A stretch of 64,000 bases of DNA from Ostrea edulis (taxonomy: Eukaryota), in assembly GCF_947568905.1 (NCBI RefSeq), contig NC_079165.1, positions 101,122,001 to 101,186,000 of the forward strand, written 5' to 3'. This document shows positions 47,387 through 59,400 of this stretch, in pieces. The position numbers and the translations under genes were made by a program. Position 1 is the stretch's first letter; every line of letters starts with the position of its first letter. The notes beneath the pieces were generated by a model. It had not been told where the DNA came from, made no database searches, and saw nothing but the letters and a program-made list of their open reading frames with translations.

Positions 47387-48334
47387 TTAAACACCACTCT
47401 GATTCCACGCAAAAGTACTCTGAAGTTGAAATTAAAGATATGCTAGAGTTCCCCATGGACAATATCTTCGTGGTCTTTGGTGATCAGGTTTTCCAACACT
47501 CTGTTGGAATTCCCATGGGCATGAATTATGCTCCTTTCTTAACTGACCTGTTTCTATATTCATATGAAGCAGAATTTATTCAAAAACTTATACGCATGGA
47601 GAAGAAATCTCTTGCTGTGGCCTTCAATTCGACACATAGATATATCGACATTTTATCTATTAACAATGATAACTTTCATTCTTATGTCGATTCGATATAT
47701 CCCTGTGAGCTCGAAATAAAAGACACAACAGAGTCGTCCACTTCTGCTTAATACTTAGATATTTTATTGAAAGTAGACATTAACGGTAAACTGACAACTC
47801 AACTGTATGACAAACGGGATGATTTCAGCTTCTCCATCGTCAGCTTCCAATATTTATTTAGCAATATTCCATTATCACCTGCATATGGTGTTTATATCTC
47901 TCAACAGATTCGATACGCAAGGGCGTGTTCTGCGTATAGTCAGTTTTTAAATCGAGGCAAGCTACTGACAAACAAGTTGATGGTACAGGGGTTTCAACAG
48001 TCTCGATTGAAGTCAGCATTTCGCAAATTCTATGGTCGTTATAACGATCTAGTTCGTCAATACAACCTATCATTGGGTCAAAATCCTGTCCGACATGTTT
48101 CATACCAATTGTTAGGCCGTTCTTGGCACACTGATTTTGACTACGGATAACTCCGTTTACCTGATCAGGATATAGGGCTCACGGCGGGTGTGACCGGTCG
48201 ACAGGGGATGCTTACTCCTCCTAGGTACCTGATTCCACCTCTGGTGTATCCAGGGGTCCGTGTTTGTCCAACTATCTATTTTGTATTGCTCATAGGAGTT
48301 ATGAGATTGATCACTGTTCGTTATCTTCACCTTT
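47387..48334 (+). mobile_element. 5'-truncated Penelope-like (probably Naiad-type) reverse transcriptase element, pseudogenised
   Basis: RT motifs VGIPMGMNYAPFLTDLFL, RYIDIL, YDKRDDF and IRYARACS, with stops and frameshifts. No endonuclease follows the RT. Confidence 0.8.
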
Positions 48335-48618
48335 GATGTGGGGTCTGATATCTGATGGGGAAAGCAGATCAAAGATGATAAAGTATTCACACATTCTTTT
48401 CTTCAATTCCATTTGAAATTTAATATGGTTTTCTCATACAGATACACTTTTAAGTAAATATCGAGCATTACAAACATAGAACTGTTCTTGTTGGGTTTGC
48501 CCATTTCGTTGAAGATATGCACAACATACTACTTAGAAGAGGTTTTTAATTCACTAAAAATAAATGAATTATCCAATTTTGAATACAGATCTCGAATTAT
48601 CAGGAAATCTGTCATTAT

Positions 48619-51600
48619 TTACTTGGCCTCCTTTTTGTCGCGACTTGAGAACATGACTTTCTCGAGTCCCATGAACGGTGATTCAAATGTGATGGATAAG
48701 ATAAAGGCCATTCCATAAGAAACGACCAGATTGGCGAGGAAGATGTACACCTGCCAAATAAAAGAATATCATATATATATATATATATGTGTGTGTGTAT
48801 TTGAAATCGTAATGAAACACTTGGCAGATGTTCATAATTCATGGAATATTGCAGTACTTACGAAGTCCAGATCAGACAAATAGAACGGGAAGTTCCTGTT
48901 GAGGTAGTACACATACATGACCAAGGGATGTACCAAATAGGCGCAGTAAGTCAACCGAGAAAGAGGCACAAAGGCTTTCCACGACAGTAAGGTGTTAATG
49001 TAACCTGCAAGCAAAGCACACCATTACATATCGAACTATTGCAAAAATATTCCTATCAAAAAGTTTGTAGGAAGTTGCCTAAATTACTTAAACGTATTAT
49101 ATTTGGCGTGTACGATATTTGGCGGAAATCGTTTTTTCAACAAGTTATCATAGATTTGATTTAGCGCATTCCTGAATTACTTTAAACATCTAGATTTACG
49201 GATGGCATTTAGCGATGTACTTGATTTAGCGGAAGCTGCGTTCCTCCAAAAGCGCTAAATAGAATACAAAGCCAAATGTAATACATTTACAGTATCAATG
49301 AAGTAAAACTTCGTTTGATAAAATTGAAGAAACTGCTTCTTAATATAGCTACATGTAAATTTCAAACTATACATTCAGTACGAACAATAATTTGTTGCCC
49401 AGAATCTAATCCAAAAATAGTTACCGCCATTGCCGGTGGCACAAGCGAAGATGACCCAGCAGACAGCGGCACCCCACACTGTCCTGTTGACGGCGTTATA
49501 CAGGGCGGTGACCTCTTTAGACAGTTCAACAGGATTATCAGGCTTCACTGTGTCGTAAATACCATACAGAACAGCACTGGCCGAGGCCGCCGCCACTACC
49601 CACCCCAACAGGTTTACAAACTGTAAAACAATATCAGAACTGGTACTCATATATTTCGCAATTTCAGTGACTTATAGGTACGCAGTACAAGAAAAAAAGA
49701 TTGTTATATAATCGGTACTTGAAAATTTTAAGCCTTGTCATAGGGTATTAACTCATGTTCCAACTTGAGCTTCTGAGATTTGTTAGAACACTGAATGATC
49801 AGTAAAACTAAGCATCATTTTGTACGTTAGATACAATGTACATGTTCTTGTGCAGGTTTTTTTATATGAAGAATTAGATTTCTCTGTCCCTCTTTCAGGT
49901 ATTGCGTTGAAAATGTAGGGGAAGATATAACTGTTACAAAATATAAGTAGAAAAATGATTGAAGATACCTATTTAAATGTACGAAAATGCACAGAAAATA
50001 GTAACCCAAGAAGTATGTGGGTGACAAAAATACTCGTCCATTTTATGATTTGAACATATATCCCACCCTTTTTCTAGATCATTCCATCGACTGAGAACTT
50101 AGTCCACGTAGTTGACATTTTATATACTTACGATATTCATTCGACATTTGCATTTGGTGATGTAGAGTAGGTAACCTGTGATCACACCACAAATGTAGGG
50201 CCCCATACGACACCATGGAACAATGTAATAGTCCTCGAAGAAAGAAAGTCGACTACAAAACAAGGAATGGATTTATCCTTTCTCTCATATCTTCAATGTT
50301 TCTGTACATTCTTTAAATTATTGAAAACTACAGCGAATATAAGGTTTTATATTGAGTATATTTGCTCTGAAGATTAGATGGTCAAAAGAGATTTGTTACG
50401 TCCTCTTACTCTGCATCTTTTGGTCCTCCACCATCCGTATGAAGTGGGAGGTTATTCACATAACTGATCACCCCAGGAGTGATGGTAAAAATCAGCAGAA
50501 ATACGGCACTGACCATGGCGCCCACTATTTTATTACTGAAATACACATATAAATTTAACGACGAAAAACGAAATTTAAAAAATCAGCATAGTTCTATGTA
50601 AGGTGATGATAACGAACAGTGATCAATCTCATAACTCCTACAAGCAATACAAAATAGATAGTTGGGCAAACACGGACCTCTGGACACACCAGAGGTGGGA
50701 TCAGGTGTCTAGGAGGAGTAAGCATCCCGCTAATTATATTCAGATTTGTAAATGCCGCTCTTTATATCATAGGACAGTGGAATTTACAAGTGTAATTTTC
50801 AAGGAATGTATATACTATTATCTATATATAGGTTCTTAGTATTTGCATTTGTAGGTCACCTGAGTCACTTTGGTGACATGTTGCGATTGGAAGCTGTCCA
50901 TCGTTATCCATTGTGCTTTAACATTTTAACGTTATCAATTTCTTCTCTGAAATTACGTGGTATTTTTCATCAACTTTGGTATTTAAAAAATTATGGGTAG
51001 GAGATCTAAATTGTGAATATTATGGTCATGGTATCTGAAGAGGGTGGGTTGAAAACCTCGATACATGTATTGTCTTTGAAAATTAACCTCTTTACTACAG
51101 TAAATCTAGTAGACAAACCGTGTGTATAGGCCAAGTCATGATGAGCAAGGATGCTTCTACCAAAATTGTGAAACTTCTTGTACCGGTGCTAGGGTGGGAA
51201 TTTATAGTTCATTCAAAAAATGCATTAATCAGTTAAGATTATCCTTTTTACCCCTGCATAGCTTGTAGAAAAGGTATATGCATGGTTATTAGAGCATGGA
51301 GTCTTCTATCAAAATGGCAAAATTCCTGACTCAGGGGTCAAACTCTAAGGTGGGGCCAAAGTTTTAAATGCATTTACTACTGTAGTATTTTGAAAACCTA
51401 CATCTATGCATTACTTTAGTGCATTGTGAAGAAATAGTATTTAGCTCTCTTACAAAGTTGTAAAATTTCCTACCCCATGGCCAGGGGTTCGGGTCTGAGG
51501 GCAGGCCAAAATGGTTGTATAGTTAAAATGCATTATCTTTAAAACTGTAAAAATCTTCGTCTTTACGGTTGTAAGTTTCCTATCCTTGGGCCAGTGGTTC

Positions 51601-54600
51601 GGGTCTGAAGGCAAGGCCAAAATATGTATCATGAGTTAACTTTGCTACCTCCCCGCCAGGAGTTTAGGCTCTAACACACAGCAAAGTAGTTAATAAACAT
51701 TCTTATTTCTTTCGTGCTTTGTCACAAAATAATACATCTATAATTATTTTATAAAAATATGAAAACTAGAACAAAAATTGTGAAAATCATTACCCTTATA
51801 CCAGTTGTATTGGGGGAAAATCAGTACAGGGATTTTTTTTCATGATAAGAACAAATTATTTTCAGTTTTTTAATAATTAACGCCTTTTTTCGATTTAGTT
51901 GTTCATTCAAGAGGTGTTGCAATTTTCTCACATAATTATAAAAGCTCATAGGTCTCTTGTTACAATATGCCACAAGAACAAACGTAAAAGTTGTATTACT
52001 TACAAGTAGAATGGCACAATCATTAGTGGACTTAAGATGTAGAACTGCATGTCGTTATTCAGATACCAGGACCAACCCAAACACTGTTAATTATCAAAAT
52101 GTAAAAACTTTATGTCATTAAAGGTGAAGATAACGAGCAGTGATCAATCTCATAACTCCTATAAGCAATACAAAATAGATAGTTGGACAAGCACGGACCC
52201 CTGGACACACCAGAGGTGGGATCAGGTGCCTAGGAGGAGTAAGCATCCCCTGTCGATAGGTCACATCCGCCGTGAGCCCTATATCTTGATCAGGTAAACA
52301 GAGTTATCCACAGTCAAAATCAGTGTGCCAAGAACGGCCTTACAATTGGTATGAAACACGTCAGACAGCATTTGACCCAATGATAGGTTGTATTGACGAA
52401 CTAGATCGTTATAACGACCATAGAATTTGCGAAATGCTGACTTCAATCGAGACTGTTGAAACCCCTGTATCATCAACTTATTTGTCAGTAGCTTGCCTCG
52501 ATTTGAAAACTGACTATACGCAGAAAAAACTGTGTTGTATCGAATCAGTTGAGATATATAAACACATATGCAGGTGACAATGGAATATTGCTACATAGAT
52601 ATGGGAAGTTGACGACGGAGAAGCTGAAATCATCCCGTTTGTCATACAGTTGAGTTGTCAGTTTGCCGTTAATGTCTACATTCAATAAAATATCTAAGTA
52701 TGAAGCAGAAGTGGACGTCTTTGTGGTGTTTTTTTATTTCAAGCTCACAGGGATTGACATATGAATGAAAGTTATTAGACAAAACGTCGTCGATATATCT
52801 AAATGTGGAACTGAAATTTTTTCTTCTAGCGTATAGGTTTTTAAATAAATTCTGCTTCATATGAATATAGAAATAGATCAGCTAACAAAGCAGCACAATT
52901 CGTGCCCATGGGAATTCCAACAGACTGTTTGAAGATATGATCACCAAAGACCACGAAGATATTGTCAATGAGGAACTCTAGCATATTTCAACTTCCAAGT
53001 ACTTGTGCGTGGAATCAGAGTGGTGTTTAACAAAATAAGTTTTTGGATGACTGATCACTAGACATGATTCAAAAGAACAGGATAAACACTTTTAATTAAC
53101 AAAATGTGGAACTATGTGTTATTATTCAGATCACCGTTAATTAACAAAATGTAGAATTGTCTGTCTTTATTCAAATACCAGGATAAACACTGCTAATTAA
53201 CCAAATGTAGAACTGTCTGTCATTATTCAAATACCAGGATAAACATTGTTAATTAACCAAATGCAGAACTGTCTGTCATTATTCAAATACCAGGATAAAC
53301 ATTGTTAATTAACCAAATGTAGAACTGTCTGTCATTATTCAAATACCAAGATAAACATTGTTAATTAACCAAATGTAGAACCGTCTGTCATTATTCAAAT
53401 ACCAGGATAAACATTGTTAATTAACCAAATGTAGAACTGTCTGTCATTATTCAAATACCAAGATAAACATTGTTAATTAACCAAATGTAGAACCGTCTGT
53501 CATTATTCAAATACCAGGATAAACATTGTTAATTAACCAAATGTAGAACCGTCTGTCATTATTCAAATACCAAGATAAACATTGTTAATTAACCAAATGT
53601 AGAACTGTCTGTCATTATTCAAATACCAGGATAAACATTGTTAATTAACCAAATGTAGAACTGTCTGTTATTATTCAAATACCAGGATAAACATTGTTAA
53701 TTAATAAAATGTAGAACTGTCTGCCATTATTCAAATACCAGGATAGACATTGTTAATTAACAAAACGTTGAACTGTCTGTCATTATTCAAATACCAGGAT
53801 AAACACTGCTAATTAACAAAACTTAGAACTGTATACCAACATTCAGATACTAGGACCAACCCAAACAATGTTAATGAACAAAATGTAAAAATTGTAGTTG
53901 ATTATTCAGATACCAGGACAATCACTGTTGATTAACAAAACGTAGAACTGTCCGTCTTTATTCAAATACCAGGGCAAACATTGTTAATTAACAAAACGAG
54001 GAACTGTATCTCATTATTAAGATAACAGGATAATCACTATCAATTAACAAAATCAATTCAGCAATTGATTATTGAACCTAATCAAATTGATGTCGACATT
54101 AAAACATGATATACTAGCTTTTACCGTGTATAATTCACAATTTCATATCATGATTCAGATAGCAGAACAAACACTGTTAATTAACAAAACGTAGAACTGT
54201 ATGCCAATATTCAGATACAAGGACAAACACTATTAATTAATAAAATCATTCAGCAATTATTTCTCAATATTTATCTTAAATCTAATCATATTGACGTAGA
54301 CAATAAATCATTAACCATACATCATTGGTAAAGACTATGGTCCCCTTTCCGATGCACCATTTTTTGACTACCCAACAAACCTACAGACGGCAGACTGTCA
54401 TTACAAATTCTACAGGTACTAGATAGGGTGTATGACGTATGGACTGTTCACATGATTTACCAAGTCTTTTATTCCAAAGAAGTTGTCGATGTATAGAAAG
54501 TTTTTCCACCATACTCTCTTACAAGTCTCATCTGCATTGGTTTTATTGGGTCCAAAAATCAGGTGGGGGTAAATTGTAACGTACATGCCAATCACCATCA

Positions 54601-56421
54601 TGTAAACTGGGGTTAGTCTGGTGAAAACAGAAAACGAAAGAATTTTACAATATATAAAAAGTATGCCATTCAATTGTAGATGATAATATGTAGTTCCTAT
54701 AATATCTTATCAACATAAACGATCAGTGAAGTGGAATGATCAATTTTAAATTTTGAACATATCAAAGCAAACAACATTATTACCTCCAAAATCGATGGAA
54801 GTAGAAGAGAAACCAGTTGATCCGCCCCTTGGTTTTGCTCATTTGTTTTAGTAACAAGTATGAAGTCAACAAACCACTGAAAATAGACATAATTTATATA
54901 AAATTTCTCTGAGAAAATAAATATCAGTATTTTTACAATGCTAAAAACTATGGAGCATCAAATCAACAAAAACTGAAATACTTGAAGATATTTTTTAAAA
55001 GTTTTTAAAGATATCATGGACTAATTTGATGACTGCAACAATTGATTTAAATATTTCTTCAAAAAATTAATGGTATCTTCAAATCTAAATTATTGTACAT
55101 ATAAATTAAAATGTTGATAGCAGATTATGGTGAATTGAATTATTGTTCTTTTCAAATGAATTGATGATATCAACAATTGAATTGATGCGTGCTATAATTC
55201 AATTGAAGAGAGCAATTATTCAATTAATGCATTTATTGAATTGATGAAAACAATAATTAATTTGATGTGCGCATCAATTCAATTATTACCTACAATAATT
55301 AATTGATGCATGAAAGGTGAAGATAACGAACAGTGATTAATCTTATAACTCCTACAAGCGATACAAAATAGATAATTGGGCACACCAGAGGTGGGGTTAG
55401 GTGCCTAGGAGGAGTAAGCATCCCCTGTCGACAGGTCACACCCGCCGTGAGCCCTATATCTTGATCACATAAACGGAGTTATCCGTAGTTAAAATCAGTG
55501 TACATGCATCAAATCAATAACTCCACTTAATAATTCAATAGATGCGCGAATAAATTCAGTTCAATTATTACCCGCAATAAGTAATTGATGCATGCATCAA
55601 ATCATTGATTGCGCACATTAATTCAATAAATGTGCGTATCAATTAAATTGATGAGAGTAATTATTGATTTGATGCGCACACCAATTGAATTATTGCGTGC
55701 AATGATTGAATTAATGATACCTTCAAATAATTAATGATATCTTCAATTATTTGCGTTTATGTTAATTTAGCTCTCGATATAAAGCCGGTGACTGTGGCTC
55801 AGGGATAATTAAAGCGATTGCTTCGTGATTGGGAGGTTGTAGGGTCATGGTCATGGTCGTATAAAATCTAAAACGTAAAATTAGATATAGTAACTGCTTC
55901 TTTGCCAAATGCTTGGTATTTTGAGCTGAGATTCGCGGGTTTTTTGGACGATATATTAAAACCGAGGTTCCATGTCGCTACAGGCGTTGGTACCTTAAAG
56001 AACCATCATTGCTACGCCTCCGAGCGTCGTGCACACATTTAGATTTAAATCCGTTGTACTTCACTTACAGCTGGTGACATCTAAATGTGAGTAAAAAGAA
56101 CAGAGAGCAAACAAGTAAACGATGCTAAAACATTACCTGAGAACGAAGAATGTATCAACGGCAACCAAGGCATTGAAAATGGCCTGGGACGAGACACGAC
56201 CGAGAAATTCTGCGTAATATGTCAGAAAATTGGCTGCAATTAGAATTATAAGTTATTCAGTATGTTTAATTATATGCATCAGACAATACCATACCTTACA
56301 CTGAAGTATCTCCACAAATCATCTATCACACTAGTCGCTTACCATGGACATAAGATTGGTGTTAAAGATGGGATATCAATATATTTTGAATTAATCCATC
56401 CTTTAATTTGCAATGAAAATG

Positions 56422-56458
<37 letters not shown>

Positions 56459-59400
56459 CACAGAAATAGCAATGAACTCTTAAATGAACATAACTGCCCT
56501 AAGTGAAGAAATATTTACTATAAAGCACAGAAAATTTCACTTTATTTGGATACCCACTTCCGCCCCATCCCGGGGTTGAACTCACGACCCGCGGAACCAA
56601 ATCTCCTAGCAGCGTGTAACCAACGCGCTAGACCGCTCGACCATCTAGGCAAGTCAAAAACTTGCTTTCGATGACGATGGAATTCTCGCCATGCTGTCAC
56701 ACGCTACACGGTCATTGAGAATGGAAATGGAATACAGTTATTTAACGTACATTTAAGAGGATCATACATGATACACATTGCATATGTATATAATTAAAAC
56801 GATCCTTACATGTATTGCCCAGTATGAAGGCAATGGTGTGGCCCAAGATGACCCAACTCATACTGAGAAATCGGATCCCGTTGACGGCTGTTAGACTTCC
56901 TTTGGGTTGGGAAGTACCCAGAATCTTCTTGCCGTTGGTGTAGGCGCTGAAGGACAGAATAATTCGCCCGAAGATACCTGAAAGTGATTGGCTCGATTCA
57001 ATAGTAAATCTTTGTCTCGTCCTACCTATGTATACCACATACAAACTAACCATCCTGTGTTGAATCAGCGGGCTGTCTAAAGAACGCCTATATATAAAGA
57101 AACACTCAATTTCAGGTTTGTAGAATCGGGATGGGGCAACAATCATTTTTCTTTATTTTGTAATGCAAATAACGATAATTTGGGTGACTGTCCACCCCCA
57201 TTCCCATCCCCACTATTTTCAATAGTGGTATAGAGAATGAAAAGAATGTAACATTGATAGTTATAAAATAAAGAAAAATTTTAGTCAATCAATCATAGTA
57301 GAAGATTGCAACCCTCGCAAATTAAGAATTTGAAAACTTCCAATCTTATTCTCAGGTGCACCCCCCCCCTTGGAAAAACGATGATACGTGCCTGATTTTC
57401 GAAATATTGGGACTGTGTACAGGTATTAAGATGTATGAGTAAGAATTTGTTATAACTGATTGATAACTGTACTTGGATTGTGTTTATTCTGAGGTTTGGG
57501 TTGTTGGATCACTTGGATCTCTCCATTTTCCGCCCTGAGTTTGTAGTTACTGTCAGACGAGTTACTGCTAGTGTCGATTGGTTTCTCGTTGTCCGCCTCC
57601 TTACGTGAACCTTTTATTTTAGGCCAGACAACGATGATGACGTCATACAACGTTCCCGTCACGATGAGGATCAGAAAGACAATTAAGATGATACTGAAAG
57701 AAAACATACCTTAATCATGGACATTATTTTACAGGTGAAGAAGGAATTTAGTATACGATATAAATATCAATGTCAAGGAAAAAGTCCAATCTAATTAAAA
57801 TCATACTTCTTAGATCCGCTCCGTATACTCTGCGTAAGAATATCTGACATAATCCGAAACGGGGTCATGTTCAGATGAACTTTATATCAGGCAATCAGCG
57901 CGTCGGCTTTGAAACCGTCGGTGTCAATCGGAACTCCTCGAATGTCTCGCGCACTCGACATAGATCTCGGATGCAATACAATGGCATCCATGAGTGAATT
58001 TAATGCATTGTCAACTATGACGTCACAGCCTACTGCACTACGTTATGTACGTCATAGCTATCAATGGATACCATCGTATTACATCCGATATCACCGCATT
58101 CCTAAAAACCTCGTGGCGTCTTTGTTTATCTCCAGTGCCTAAACCGGAAGTTACGTAAATTCGAGGCTCTCTCGCCCTATTTCGAGTGCGCGAGACATTC
58201 GAGGAGTTCCGATTGCCGTCGGTGTTTACAATTCAAGGAAAACGGCTGCGATTGTTTGGTTTGAAAGAAAACACATCACAGTTAGATGTGACGCCACAAT
58301 GCACCGTTTACGTCGACTGGCGTTATATTCCTCGCGTTAATTAAGTAAACTATTTTGAAAACTATTCAAATTGTACCCATCCCTATTCATACATAAATCG
58401 CAATTCACAATTAATTTGATTTGGGTGTATTTTATCTTGTACGTTTTGTTGTTTGTATGGACGGAATAGATTAGGCATTATTGCGAAAGTTTAAATTCCT
58501 TATATGAGAATATACAATTTTATAGTGTGCAATAAACTTCGTGGGAAAGCGATTACTGCAACTTGTTTACGAATTGCCGGGATCCGCCTGAATAGCCATC
58601 ATTGTCTGTATGGCACAATCTGACTGGCTGATCGTTCTCATGAATATTCCAAACAAAAGGTCATGTGGACATGACCCCCAATGGGGTTATGTCAGATCCT
58701 ATTATAGCGATTGTGAGCGTATCTTAGGATGTAAAACTTATACGGTTCCAATTTTGATGCACCAGATGCGCATTTCGACAAATAATGTCTCTTCAGTGAT
58801 GCTCAACCGAAATGTTTGAAATCCGAAATAACTATGAAGTTTTAGGGCTAAATATAGCCAAAAACAGCGTGCCAAAAAAAGTGGAGCCATATTCGTCCAA
58901 GGATAAGAGCTATGCATGAGGGAGATAATCCTTAATTTTGAAATGAATTTCTAAATTTTATAACAGCAATTAAATACACATCCGTATTTTCAAGCTAGTA
59001 ACGAAGTACTTAGCTACTGGGCTGTAGAGACCCTCGGGGACTAACAGTCCACCAGGAGAGGCCTCGACCCAGGGGTCATAATGTAAAACTTATACGGTAC
59101 CAATTTTGATGCACCGGATGCATTTTCTTATATTAATTTATTCGGCTCATACTAACCTTGATCATTTACATAACGATGAAATTTATATTTTAAGTTGCTA
59201 AATAACATGTATCGATATAGATAAGTGGTATAAGCTATCAAATACATTATTTTTTTTAAATTCAGAGGGAAATTAAAGGCACACAGCGATGCTTGATGCA
59301 GACATTGATACATGTTATACATAAAATGAAATTTTGTAAAATGCTTTGTAATTGTTTCCAGGAATTTTCAGTTTTAAATTCTGACTACTAACATGGTTCA

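Noticed and set aside
48170-48334. Ribozyme or SECIS in the GC-rich 3' end of the Penelope-like RT family
   Set aside because: No CUGANGA/GAAA core, and I could not build a convincing HDV-like pseudoknot by eye; a covariance-model search is needed.
53068-54245. CRISPR-like appearance of this and other regular arrays (also 11283-11545, 13130-14190, 14503-15325)
   Set aside because: The units are contiguous with no unique spacers, there are no cas genes, and the context is eukaryotic introns.
56570-56655. Possible tRNA gene on the minus strand
   Set aside because: A and B boxes are present but the cloverleaf pairs poorly; treated as a SINE head.
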